Assembly: GCA_942493305.1 (NCBI GenBank)
Contig: OW818686.1
Coordinates: 2,441,911 to 2,505,910, forward strand
Origin: an uncultured bacterium
GTDB lineage: Bacteria; Pseudomonadota; Alphaproteobacteria; Caulobacterales; Hyphomonadaceae
Direction of reading: 5' to 3'
Length of the DNA: 64,000 nt
A program made the position numbers and the translations under genes. The notes beneath the pieces were generated by a model. That model made no database searches and was not told the origin of the DNA. It was given only the letters and a program-made list of their open reading frames with translations. Numbering within the stretch: the stretch's first letter is position 1; the number at the start of each line of letters is the position of its first letter. This document shows positions 45,894 through 54,612 of the stretch, one piece after another.

Positions 45894-46595
45894 TCAAACC
45901 ACCGCGCCAAACAGGCGCCCAACCCCCGCCGTGACCGCCATGGCGACGGCGCCCCAGAAAACCACCCTGATTACAGGCTTGAACGGTCTTGCGCGGCCCG
46001 CCCAGGCCCCCAGATAGCCCAACACGGTGAGGCCGATCAGCGTTGCGCCACCTACAAACGCCAGCAGCTGGTCCATCGGCGCCAGCAGGGCAGTCGCCAG
46101 CGGCAGGACGGCGCCGACCGAAAAGGTTACCGCCGAAGTCACAGCCGCCTGGATGGGCTTTGCCTCCGTATTCGCCGAAATTCCGAGCTCGTCGCGGGCA
46201 TGAGCGCCGAGCGCATCGCGGGCGGTCAATTGGTCGGCGACCTGTCCCGCAAGTTCCGGCGTCAGGCCGCGACTGACGTAAATCTGCTTCAGCTCCTCGC
46301 GTTCAAATTCCGGCATTTCAGCCAGCTCGCGCTTTTCGCGGGCGAGGTCAGCGTTCTCGGAATCGGCCTGGGAACTGACCGAAACGTATTCGCCCGCCGC
46401 CATGGACAGTGCGCCCGCGATCAGTGCAGCTGTGCCGGAGACGATGATCGCATTTCTGTCTGGGCTCGCAGCCGCCACGCCAACGATCAGGGAGGCTGTC
46501 GAGATGATTCCGTCATTCGCACCCAGCACCGCAGCGCGTAGCCAGCCAATGCGATCGACTGCGTGGCGTTCTATGTGGTGCTTGCTGCGGGCCAT
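45894..46595 (-). CDS. VIT1/CCC1-family iron/manganese transporter
   Basis: N-terminal WLRAAVLGANDGIISTASLIVGV, AGALSMAAGEYVSVSSQ, and C-terminal TM bundle. Confidence 0.9.
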   Translation of the reverse strand: MARSKHHIERHAVDRIGWLRAAVLGANDGIISTASLIVGVAAASPDRNAIIVSGTAALIAGALSMAAGEYVSVSSQADSENADLAREKRELAEMPEFEREELKQIYVSRGLTPELAGQVADQLTARDALGAHARDELGISANTEAKPIQAAVTSAVTFSVGAVLPLATALLAPMDQLLAFVGGATLIGLTVLGYLGAWAGRARPFKPVIRVVFWGAVAMAVTAGVGRLFGAVV

Positions 46596-46662
46596 GGATG
46601 CACTCCTGATCGCGCCTGGATAAACTCAGGCGGCGCAAAGCGCCCTGCGCCAGATCACATGG

Positions 46663-47259
46663 CTACTGGACTTCGTCCGAGTCCCAGACGCCGCGAACGG
46701 CGATGTCGTTCTCGACGCCGATATTGTACCAGGCCAGCCGGTCCTTCGACGCATTGACGATGATGAAGTGCTCGTGCGGCTTCACCGCGAGCGTCAGCTG
46801 GCTGCGCAGGTGCTGGATCGTGTGCCTGGAGCGCAGCACCCACATATCGCCGGCGGCGCGCGTCATCTTGCCAGCATCGCGCAGCACGCGCTCGACGCGC
46901 TCATTGCCGGCCAGCAGGCGGGCGGCGATGAAATAATTGCAGACCGGAACTTCTGTCTCGCCAGCGTCGAGGCGCGGATCGCCGAACTTGCGCTTCTTCG
47001 GACCCTTGAAGTCCCAGCGCAGGTTGGGGTGGTGGTCGGCGCGGTGATAGTCGGGGTCGGCGCCGCAGGCGATGAAGGTGCCGGCCTGAACGCGGCCTTC
47101 CTTCAGGAAATCGATCAGGCGTGTCCGCGGGTAGGGGCCGTATTCCTTGTCGCCGATCTTGATTCGCCACTTCACGCCTTCAAAGGGGGGCGGAGCAAGG
47201 TCCGTCCCCTCTGAATCGCCCGCCTCTGCGGGGAGCCTGAGTTCAAGCGTGTCAGCCAT
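46663..47259 (-). CDS. hypothetical protein with GYF_2-like N-terminal domain
   Basis: ATG at 47259 within the chimeric track ORF 46663..48294. WRIKIGDKEYGPYPRTRLIDFLKEGRV resembles GYF_2/DUF4339. The C-terminal domain is unassigned. Confidence 0.6.
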   Translation of the reverse strand: MADTLELRLPAEAGDSEGTDLAPPPFEGVKWRIKIGDKEYGPYPRTRLIDFLKEGRVQAGTFIACGADPDYHRADHHPNLRWDFKGPKKRKFGDPRLDAGETEVPVCNYFIAARLLAGNERVERVLRDAGKMTRAAGDMWVLRSRHTIQHLRSQLTLAVKPHEHFIIVNASKDRLAWYNIGVENDIAVRGVWDSDEVQ

Positions 47260-47352
47260 CGAGACTACGTGTTCCGTAACCCGTTCTTTGGGTCTAGTTG
47301 TAGGGGAAAGCACCTTGTTCAAAGGTAAACGAAATCCTGCAGGAGACGCCCC

Positions 47353-48141
47353 ATGAGCGCCTATGAATTCATCCAGACGGAAACCGATGGCCGGCTGTTC
47401 ATCGTCACCATCAATCGCCCGGACCAGCTCAACTGCCTGCACCCGATGGCAAATGCCGAAATGGCGGCGGCTTTTGATGCGTTCGCCGCCGATCCCGACC
47501 TGTGGGTCGCGATCGTGACGGGCGCCGGGGAGAAAGCGTTTTCCGCCGGAAACGATCTGAAATTTGCGGCTTCCGGCCAGAAGTCGCCTGTGCCGATGCC
47601 GGCTTCGGGCTTCGGAGGGTTGTCGTCGCGGTATGACCTTTACAAGCCGGTCATCGCCGCGGTGAACGGGTTCGCCATGGGCGGCGGGTTCGAGATTGCG
47701 CTGGCCTGCGACATCATCATTGCCGCCGAGAACGCCAAGTTCGCCCTCCCGGAGCCCCGCGTGGGCTTTGCAGCGCTTGCTTCCGGCATGCACCGTCTTC
47801 CGCGCGAAGTGCCGCTGAAGAAGGCAATGGGCATGCTGCTGACTGGCCGCACGGTCCTGGCCGCCGAGGGCAAGGAAATCGGCTTCGTCACGGAAGTGGT
47901 GCCGCAGGGCAAGGCCCTGGAAGAAGCCAAGCGCTGGGCGGGACTGATTCTCGAATGCTCGCCGATGGCGATCAAGGCGACCAAGGAAACCGTGCTGACC
48001 GGCCTCAAGACCGCCGATCTGAAGACCGCGTTCGATCACAAGGTTCCGGGAATCGCTCGCCTGCTTGCCTCGGCCGACCACAAGGAAGGCCCGAAAGCCT
48101 TTGCCGAGAAGCGCAAGCCCTCCTGGCAGAACGAGCAGTAG
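47353..48141 (+). CDS. enoyl-CoA hydratase/isomerase (crotonase) family protein
   Basis: ITINRPDQLN, GAGEKAFSAGNDL and AAVNGFAMGGGFEIALACD. Confidence 0.9.
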   Translation: MSAYEFIQTETDGRLFIVTINRPDQLNCLHPMANAEMAAAFDAFAADPDLWVAIVTGAGEKAFSAGNDLKFAASGQKSPVPMPASGFGGLSSRYDLYKPVIAAVNGFAMGGGFEIALACDIIIAAENAKFALPEPRVGFAALASGMHRLPREVPLKKAMGMLLTGRTVLAAEGKEIGFVTEVVPQGKALEEAKRWAGLILECSPMAIKATKETVLTGLKTADLKTAFDHKVPGIARLLASADHKEGPKAFAEKRKPSWQNEQ

Positions 48142-48152
48142 GCCTTTCAATT

Positions 48153-48245
48153 GGGCAAGGGGCAGTCGGCAATCGGCAGTCGGACCAACAAAGGCATGGC
48201 AGGCGCCAAGACTGACCATTGCCGGTTGCCGATCTGCCCTTGCCC
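48153..48245. repeat. long imperfect hairpin built from GGCAGTCGG/GGCAATCGG motifs
   Basis: GGGCAAGGGGCAGTCGGCAATCGGCAGTCGG ... pairs with ...CCATTGCCGGTTGCCGATCTGCCCTTGCCC. About 24 of 30 arm positions are complementary. It lies downstream of the crotonase gene. Confidence 0.6.
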
Positions 48246-48281
48246 TGTCTTGAGTGGGGGCGAGATGACGGGAGTCTCGCC

Positions 48282-49217
48282 ATGACGTCTGCACCTGATT
48301 TTCGGCAACTCGCCGCCGCTCATGGCATCGAGCTCGACAAGGATGCTTCCATGCTTCGGATCACCGGATCCGACGCAGAGTATTTCGCCGCGACTGCGCG
48401 CGATGCATCGGGCGCATACTGGATGCTGAAGGCGCCACGGCGCGGCGACGTCCAGGCGCGGGCCCGGCACGAGAAGCGCGTGCTCGACCATGTGCGCGGC
48501 AAGGTGCCGGTCGTCATTCCGGACTGGCAGACCCACACGGACAAGCTGATCGCCTATCGCGTCCTGCCGGGTATTCCGGCGGCTGAGATCGATCCGCTGA
48601 TGGGCGAGCTGATCTGGCGATTGCCGCAGGCCAACGTGCCCGCGACCTTCGCGGACAGTCTCGCTGGCGCCATGGCGAAACTGCACGCGCTGGATATTGG
48701 CGCGGCTGCCGGCGCCGGCATTCCGGTAATGACGCCGGAGCAGGCGAGGGCGCGCGTGCGCCAGCGGATGGATGAGTGCAACACCCTCACCCCCGTGCCG
48801 GAGCAGCTGTGGAGCCTGTGGCAGAAGTGGGTCGATGTCGACGCATTCTGGCCGGACATGGTCGCGCTTGTGAATGGCGACATCTATCACCCGCGCCTGT
48901 TTGTCGATGCAGACTACCGCCTCGTCGCGATCGAGGATTGGTCGGATGCCGAAGTGGGCGATATCGCGTCTGATTTCACGCTCTACTTCGCGGCGGCCGG
49001 GCGTGATGCGCTGGAAGACCTGATCGCGCGCTATGAACGCGCCGGCGGCAGGACCTGGGGGCGCATGGCCGATCAGGCAGAGATGTACTACTGGGCCAGC
49101 CCCATCAAGTTCGCGGCCTATGCCATGCGCACCGGCGATCTCTCGCACCTGATGAACGTCAAGAACATGGTGCATCGCTATGCCTCCATGCTCGAGAATT
49201 CGGGCTACGAGGGTTAG
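48282..49217 (+). CDS. APH/macrolide-2'-phosphotransferase-like kinase family protein
   Basis: ATG at 48282 follows GGGAG. The Brenner-like region is LVNGDIYHPRLFVD (Asn where HGD normally has His), and IEDWSDAEVGDIASDF matches the DxG/D motif. Confidence 0.75.
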   Translation: MTSAPDFRQLAAAHGIELDKDASMLRITGSDAEYFAATARDASGAYWMLKAPRRGDVQARARHEKRVLDHVRGKVPVVIPDWQTHTDKLIAYRVLPGIPAAEIDPLMGELIWRLPQANVPATFADSLAGAMAKLHALDIGAAAGAGIPVMTPEQARARVRQRMDECNTLTPVPEQLWSLWQKWVDVDAFWPDMVALVNGDIYHPRLFVDADYRLVAIEDWSDAEVGDIASDFTLYFAAAGRDALEDLIARYERAGGRTWGRMADQAEMYYWASPIKFAAYAMRTGDLSHLMNVKNMVHRYASMLENSGYEG

Positions 49218-49231
49218 CGTCTGGGGGCGGG

Positions 49232-49996
49232 ATGACGAACACCGAGCAATCGGCGGTACTGATGCAGGGACAGGGCGCGCGCGCACGCAGCCGCTTCTTC
49301 CTTGTCACAGCCGCGTTGATGACGCTGATCGTGTTCCTCGGCTTCCTGCCGAGCTTTTACCTGCGCCCGCATTTCCGTACGCAACCATTACCGCTGCATC
49401 TGATCGTCCACGGCGTCATCATGACGGCGTGGCAACTGCTGTTTCTTGCACAGACCATACTGGTCGCAAGGCGGCGAACTGATCTTCACAGGCGTCTGGG
49501 CGTCGTCGGCGTGGGGCTGGCAGCGCTGGTCGTGGTGACGGGGATAGTCGCGACGGTGCTTCAGCCTGCGAGACTGGCCGAAGCCGGAGTCACGCTGCCG
49601 TTTCCTGTCGAGCTGCTGGTTATCGGCAACCTCTTCGGCTTCTGTCTCTTCTCCGGGTTGGTGGCCGCCGCGTTCTGGCGTCGCCGCGACGCTCCCTCAC
49701 ACAAGCGGCTGATATTCTGGGCATGCGTTGTGACGCTGGGGCCGGCGCTCACGCCCGCGCGTGATCTCGGCGCAATGATCGCTCCTTTTTTCCCGGCGAT
49801 GTTTCCGCCCGAGATCGCCCTTGGCTGGATCGCATGGATCGCCTTGCTGCTCCACGATTGGCGAACAGTTCGGAGCTTTCACCCGGTCACCATCATCGGC
49901 GGCTTTCTTGTGCTGTTCGTGCAGCATGCGCTGGTCGACTGGTTCCTGATGATGGATCCGGTCGCAGCGTGGGCCCGCGGTCTGGCGCAGGGCTAA
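49232..49996 (+). CDS. polytopic membrane protein (hypothetical)
   Basis: 254 aa with ~7 hydrophobic helices. No family recognised. Confidence 0.65.
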   Translation: MTNTEQSAVLMQGQGARARSRFFLVTAALMTLIVFLGFLPSFYLRPHFRTQPLPLHLIVHGVIMTAWQLLFLAQTILVARRRTDLHRRLGVVGVGLAALVVVTGIVATVLQPARLAEAGVTLPFPVELLVIGNLFGFCLFSGLVAAAFWRRRDAPSHKRLIFWACVVTLGPALTPARDLGAMIAPFFPAMFPPEIALGWIAWIALLLHDWRTVRSFHPVTIIGGFLVLFVQHALVDWFLMMDPVAAWARGLAQG

Positions 49997-50024
49997 GAGG
50001 CGCATCGTCAGCCTGAAGGCGTAT

Positions 50025-50636
50025 CTAGATATCCGTGCCGTGCAGCGTGCGGAAATCAACGGCGAAACCGCCTTCGATGTAACGCACGCATGTACCGGCG
50101 CGTTCGCCAATCTGCACGCGGTCGCCGATCATGGGGCGGGGGCCGGCGGTCTTGAGCGCGACGCCCAACAGCGACACGTCAGCCACGGCGCAGGCGATGG
50201 AAACACCGTTGCCGTATTTGGCTATGATCTGGCCGCCGCCTGGACGACGCTCGGCGACGCGCTCGTCAGAAAGGCCAAGGCGCTCCCGGTTGATCAGCCA
50301 GGTAAGCAGGTCTGCGATCTTGTCGCGTTTGCGCGGGGGAACTCGAAACTCGATGGCGTAGCCGATCTCGTTCAGCACGCGGGCGACGACACCTTCGACA
50401 CGGCCGATATCGTCGATGTAGAGGACGACGTTTTCGCCTTTCTGCATCGGACGCGCGAGGTTGATGCGAAGGCCGCCGGCTGCGACATCCACCGTGGTGC
50501 AGGTGAACTCTTCGCCATCGCCCGTCAGGCCGCGAACGCGGACCTGCCATTGGACGCGGCGAAAGCGGCGGCGATCGGTCGCTTCATTGCGACGGAGCGA
50601 AGGTTTCTCGGAGGCCTGAGCCAGATGCATCAGCAA
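50025..50636 (-). CDS. tandem PilZ-domain protein (c-di-GMP receptor candidate)
   Basis: RRFRRVQWQVRVRG...VDVAAGGLRI, plus a second half with ...RRPGGG...ADVSLLGVAL. Both fit the RxxxR / DxSxxG pattern. Confidence 0.7.
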   Translation of the reverse strand: MLMHLAQASEKPSLRRNEATDRRRFRRVQWQVRVRGLTGDGEEFTCTTVDVAAGGLRINLARPMQKGENVVLYIDDIGRVEGVVARVLNEIGYAIEFRVPPRKRDKIADLLTWLINRERLGLSDERVAERRPGGGQIIAKYGNGVSIACAVADVSLLGVALKTAGPRPMIGDRVQIGERAGTCVRYIEGGFAVDFRTLHGTDI

Positions 50637-50721
50637 CCCTCTGACGGACGGCTAAGGGAGGAGTAGACGCCGGAAGGTTAATGCCGAATGGTTCACAAAT
50701 GCTTGCGGGAGGCCTTAGCCC

Positions 50722-51261
50722 TCAGCGATCAGCGCAAGCTACGATGCTGATGGCGGGCTTCTGCGGCGGGGCGGGCGGGTAGACGGCGACGGCCTGGAGG
50801 CTGCGGATGGGGCGACCATTCAGGACGTCTTCCGGCGTGATGGTCTGGCATAGGCCAAGGAAGCGCGGCGTGGCCTGTTCCGGCATCTGCAGCGGGGCCA
50901 GCGCGAATTCGATGTCGATACGCTTGCCCGTGAGCGTCTCGCCTCGCGCATGGATCAGCATCGGACCCCGGTCGCGGACAGCGAGCGCCAGGGCGGCGGC
51001 AACCAGATTGCGGTCGGCTTCCAGCCAGATCGAGAGAAAGTTGTGATCCATCAGCGCGCGGGAGAACAGGCGCTCCAGCGTGAGGCCGGTGCGGCGGAAT
51101 GCGAAGTCACGCTCGCCAACATGGTTAAGCACGAAGAGGCTTGAGATCAGGCCGGGATGCTCGTCGGCGGCAGGGCCTTCGACGGCGTCGCCGCCCTCGG
51201 CCAGCCTGCGCCATGCGTCGAGCATGACCTGTGTATTCGGATGTGCCTTCATCGCGTCCAT
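50722..51261 (-). CDS. PAS_5-like (alphaproteobacterial PAS) domain protein, tentative
   Basis: ATG at 51261 (MDAMKAHPNTQVMLDAWRRL...). Size and pattern resemble PF07310-type proteins. Confidence 0.5.
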   Translation of the reverse strand: MDAMKAHPNTQVMLDAWRRLAEGGDAVEGPAADEHPGLISSLFVLNHVGERDFAFRRTGLTLERLFSRALMDHNFLSIWLEADRNLVAAALALAVRDRGPMLIHARGETLTGKRIDIEFALAPLQMPEQATPRFLGLCQTITPEDVLNGRPIRSLQAVAVYPPAPPQKPAISIVACADR

Positions 51262-51482
51262 CTGGGTTTGCCCGATACCCGTGAGTTCGGGATTTCCCCG
51301 ACCCCGGTGGCGCTCTGCACCCCTCGGGCCACCCGGGTTCCACGGGGCCTGGAGAGGGAATACCGACCCATAACCGAGCGAATTCTCCCGGCGCGGGAGA
51401 TCGGGACCCCCCGCAAGATACCCTGTCAGGCGAAAAGGCGCGGCTCTTGCAACCTGCTGGCGAGACCCGACGGAGACTTCAC

Positions 51483-52604
51483 ATGACCGTTTCATGGCGA
51501 CACAAGCTGGCCGGCGCCGGCCTTGCCGGCCTCGTGGCGACAGCTGGCCTGTCGGCCATAGGCCAATCCTGCAACACGTGCGGCCCCGTCCCCCCCCCGC
51601 CCCCACCCCCGCCCCCCCCCCAATCCTCCTGCTGCCTCCCCCCCCGCAATCTGGTCGTCAACGTCCCGGGCGTGAACGTGGCGACGGCAAGCGTCAGCGT
51701 GGGCGCTACGTCCACGGCAGTTGCGTCAGCTCAGGCGATGAGCATGGCTTCCGCCAGCGGCTATGCCATGGGCGGGGCTTCGGCTTCAGGATCCGGCGCG
51801 GGTTATTTCATTGGCGGCGGCGGTGGTTACTACAATCCCGGCGTACCGCAGAGCACGATCAGCAATTTCTCGCTCGACGGCGGCTATGAGACAAAGCTGA
51901 TCGAGGAGGACGTTCCGGGCACAGCAGATATCTGTGTCGACAAGATCGTTGAGGAATTCCGTACGCGTCCGGTCCAGGCGCTGTGCATCGACGATCGCAA
52001 CACGCCGCATCCCGCTTCGCGCGTCGATGGCGAGATGTCGGTGGATGGCAATTATTCGGGAGAAATCTATCGCTGCATCGCGGGCACGCGGATGCAGGTG
52101 ACGATGGGCGAACTGGTGGATGGCAAGGCCAGCTTCGAGATCGGCGATACCTTCTCATGCGCCAAGGGGGAAGCGCTGTGGCATGGCGCAAACGGCGCGC
52201 TGCAATGCCGCCGCCAGACGCCCGAGCGCGACTGCAACGAACGCTCGCTGCTGCGCAAATATGGCCCTGGGGTGAAGCTGGTGCGCGTGGCGGAGAAAAA
52301 GACGATCTGCGTGCCGACGACGCGGCCGACGGTCACGAAGGTGGTCAAGGAAGTAAAGGTTCCGCGCCCGTTGGCAGCGGGCAATCTGGTTCTGGATGGG
52401 GGGTGGGGCAGGGGTATTAGAGGGGGGAGGAGGAGGGGGAGGGGGAGGTGCCGCTGGGTGGACAGCGGTTCGCAGTTGGGGCGTTTCGGGGGAAACGAAG
52501 GGAGGCCGCATGCATCGAGCATGCGGCCTTTCTTGTTCAGGCGTTGTTGGAAGGATCACTTGCAGCCGGGGCATCGCGACGACGGGTCTTGGCTACACCC
52601 GTGA
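51483..52604 (+). CDS. secreted Cys-rich protein with a Pro10 run; 3' end doubtful
   Basis: ATG at 51483 follows GGAGA. Signal peptide LAGAGLAGLVATAGLSAIG, then PVPPPPPPPPPPQ. After the G-tract at 52398 the frame yields junk-like RGGRRRGRGR and runs through the terminator at 52504..52537. Confidence 0.55.
   Translation: MTVSWRHKLAGAGLAGLVATAGLSAIGQSCNTCGPVPPPPPPPPPPQSSCCLPPRNLVVNVPGVNVATASVSVGATSTAVASAQAMSMASASGYAMGGASASGSGAGYFIGGGGGYYNPGVPQSTISNFSLDGGYETKLIEEDVPGTADICVDKIVEEFRTRPVQALCIDDRNTPHPASRVDGEMSVDGNYSGEIYRCIAGTRMQVTMGELVDGKASFEIGDTFSCAKGEALWHGANGALQCRRQTPERDCNERSLLRKYGPGVKLVRVAEKKTICVPTTRPTVTKVVKEVKVPRPLAAGNLVLDGGWGRGIRGGRRRGRGRCRWVDSGSQLGRFGGNEGRPHASSMRPFLFRRCWKDHLQPGHRDDGSWLHP
52504..52537 (+). 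terminator. intrinsic terminator (usable from both strands)
   Basis: GGCCGCATGC-ATCGA-GCATGCGGCC followed by TTTCTTGTT. On the minus strand it sits right after the stop of 52537..52737. Confidence 0.75.
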
Positions 52605-52737
52605 TAACGCCGACGCCCAGAAGGATCATGCCCATGACGGCGATCCACTGCGTAGCTACGCCGAGCATATGCGCGCCAAAGAGAAGTCCTGCCGACAGGA
52701 TGACGAAGCCGAGCAGATACAAAACGAAGGATGGCAT
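52537..52737 (-). CDS. small membrane protein (66 aa, 2 TM)
   Basis: ATG at 52737 follows AAGGAGAGACGC. The sequence begins MPSFVLYLLGFVILSAGLLFGAHMLG. Confidence 0.5.
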   Translation of the reverse strand: MPSFVLYLLGFVILSAGLLFGAHMLGVATQWIAVMGMILLGVGVITGVAKTRRRDAPAASDPSNNA

Positions 52738-52782
52738 GCGTCTCTCCTTGAGGGTTACGGCGAGGGTTACGGCAAGCAACGC

Positions 52783-52959
52783 CTAACGCAGGCGTTCCGA
52801 CGATTTCGGGCCGCGGATCTTGCGCATGACCCATGTGACGCCGACGACGACCAGCAGCGCCGCGATGGCAAATCCGATCAGCTTGAAGGCTGCGCCGATG
52901 ATCAGCGTGATCGCAAAGATCGCGGCGAGGGCGAAAAGAATGAGGTAGACGAACGGCAT
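52783..52959 (-). CDS. small membrane protein (58 aa, 2 TM), not in the ORF track
   Basis: My own translation gives MPFVYLILFALAAIFAITLIIGAAFKLIGFAIAALLVVVGVTWVMRKIRGPKSSERLR*. GGAGG lies upstream of the ATG at 52959. Confidence 0.5.
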   Translation of the reverse strand: MPFVYLILFALAAIFAITLIIGAAFKLIGFAIAALLVVVGVTWVMRKIRGPKSSERLR

Positions 52960-53045
52960 AGCAGCCTCCGCATTGGGGTCCGTGGTAGGAATGCGCGGCT
53001 GGTCTGAGGGTTCCGTGGGGATCGGCTGGCGTACGCCCTGACGCC

Positions 53046-53531
53046 CTACTTCGCCTTGCGGCGCATCAGCTTCAGTCCGGACCAGTCATTGTCGACGGCG
53101 CAGACTTTCACGTCGACCAGGCCCATCGGGAGGCAGAGTTCGCGGATGCCGTCCTCGGTGAGGTTCACGAACAGCTTGGAGGTCTTCTTGGGCCAGGACA
53201 CCCAGAGCATGCCGCCATCGGCGAGACGCGGCTCAAGCTTGATGAGCTTGCGCGCCAGCGTTGCCGTATCCTGAACGAAGAGGTGGATGAAGTCGAACTC
53301 GCCAGCCGCCGGGGCGGCATTGCGCTGGCCGATGGCGGCGCCGTCCGTGAGTTTCGCGTAGTTCTGGGGTGGAGCGATGACGATGGCTTTCGCGCCATCC
53401 TTAAGGCCCAGCTTCTGGATCAGGCTCTTCCCGGAATAGCCGGCCGCCGCTGAGAGAGAAGCGGACTTCATGGCCTGCCTTTTTGGGGAGACCTGCTTCT
53501 TCGGGGCGGAGTTCTTCAAAAGGGCTACCAT
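53046..53531 (-). CDS. DUF3052-like protein
   Basis: The TAATG overlap with the dapD stop suggests translational coupling. GYSGKSLIQKLGLK and FDFIHLF...MLWVSWPKK fit DUF3052. Confidence 0.65.
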   Translation of the reverse strand: MVALLKNSAPKKQVSPKRQAMKSASLSAAAGYSGKSLIQKLGLKDGAKAIVIAPPQNYAKLTDGAAIGQRNAAPAAGEFDFIHLFVQDTATLARKLIKLEPRLADGGMLWVSWPKKTSKLFVNLTEDGIRELCLPMGLVDVKVCAVDNDWSGLKLMRRKAK

Positions 53532-54379
53532 TACGCGCGCAGCAATTCGTTGACGGAGGTTTTGGATCGCGTGCCGGCATCGACCTGTTTCACGATCACG
53601 GCGCAGTAGAGCGAAGGCGTCCAGTTCTGACCCGGCATAGGCTGCGAGCCCGGACGGTTGCCGGCGACGACAACGGAGTAGGGCGGCACTTCGCCGAACA
53701 GCGTCTCACCCGTGGCGCGGTTCACGATCGGCGTGGACTGGCCGAGATAGACGCCCATGCCGACGACCGAGCCTTCGCGGACGATGACGCCTTCGGCGAC
53801 TTCGGAGCGGGCGCCAATGAAGCAGTTGTCTTCGATGATGACCGGGTTGGCCTGCAGCGGCTCCAGCACGCCGCCGATGCCGACGCCGCCGGAGAGGTGG
53901 CAATGCTTGCCGATCTGGGCGCAGGAGCCGACCGTGGTCCATGTGTCGACCATCGTGCCTTCGCCGACATAGGCGCCGATGTTGACGAAGGACGGCATCA
54001 GGACGGCGTCCTTCGCGATGAACGAGCCACGGCGCACGACGGCGCCGGGAACAGCGCGGAAGCCGGCGGCGGAAAATTCAGCGTCGGTCCAGCCTTCGAA
54101 CTTGGTCGGGACCTTGTCGAAGTATGGGCCAGGCGGCTGGCCTGTGCCGCCCATCGCGCGGTTCGGGTTGAGGCGGAAGGAGAGCAGGACAGCTTTCTTG
54201 AGCCACTGGTTTACCGTCCACGCGCCTGAAGCGGATTTCTCAGCGACGCGAAGGGCGCCGGAATCAAGGGCGGAAAGGGCGTCTTCAACCGCCTTGCGGA
54301 CGGCGCCGGTTGTCGAGGCGGAGAGGGAGGTGCGGTCTTCCCAGGCGGCGTCGATGGTGGCTTCGAGCTCGGTGGTCAT
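53531..54379 (-). CDS. dapD: 2,3,4,5-tetrahydropyridine-2,6-dicarboxylate N-succinyltransferase
   Basis: ATG at 54379. [22 protein letters not shown] and hexapeptide repeats ([23 protein letters not shown]). Confidence 0.95.
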   Translation of the reverse strand: MTTELEATIDAAWEDRTSLSASTTGAVRKAVEDALSALDSGALRVAEKSASGAWTVNQWLKKAVLLSFRLNPNRAMGGTGQPPGPYFDKVPTKFEGWTDAEFSAAGFRAVPGAVVRRGSFIAKDAVLMPSFVNIGAYVGEGTMVDTWTTVGSCAQIGKHCHLSGGVGIGGVLEPLQANPVIIEDNCFIGARSEVAEGVIVREGSVVGMGVYLGQSTPIVNRATGETLFGEVPPYSVVVAGNRPGSQPMPGQNWTPSLYCAVIVKQVDAGTRSKTSVNELLRA

Positions 54380-54480
54380 GGGGCGTGTCTCCCTGTCGTT
54401 CGCAGGGGGCATTACAGCGAGATCGGGGTGGAGCCAAATGGATTCATGGGGATGCGCTGAGACGTCCGCCCGCTGTGCGG

Positions 54481-54575
54481 GCGGCCCCTTCCGTCATGCT
54501 TCGCATGCCACCTTCCCCAGCTTCGCTGGGGCAGGACGAGTGCGCCCTCTCCACAAGGGGGAGAGGGGTGAGGTG
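54481..54575. repeat. REP elements: CCGTCATGCTTCGCATGCCACCTTCCCCAGCTTCGCTGGGG... plus CCCTCTCCACAAGGGGGAGAGGGG hairpin
   Basis: The first ~55 bp recur at 63576..63632 at roughly 85% identity. The second part is a perfect CCCTCTCC/GGAGAGGG hairpin. Confidence 0.7.
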
Positions 54576-54612
54576 AGCGGGCGTTCGTGTGCAACGAGCT
54601 GGAGTTGTCCGG

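Noticed and set aside
46663-48294. 543-aa ORF suggesting a large protein.
   Set aside because: Only the C-terminal 198 aa (from the ATG at 47259) look protein-like. The upstream part is antisense to the well-supported crotonase gene (47353..48141) and has junk composition.
51262-51482. GC-rich 220-bp divergent intergenic region with several short hairpins, considered as a riboswitch (c-di-GMP, guanidine or cobalamin).
   Set aside because: No conserved core of any class I know is present, and there is no terminator or SD-sequestering hairpin before the 51483 start. It is most simply two divergent promoters.
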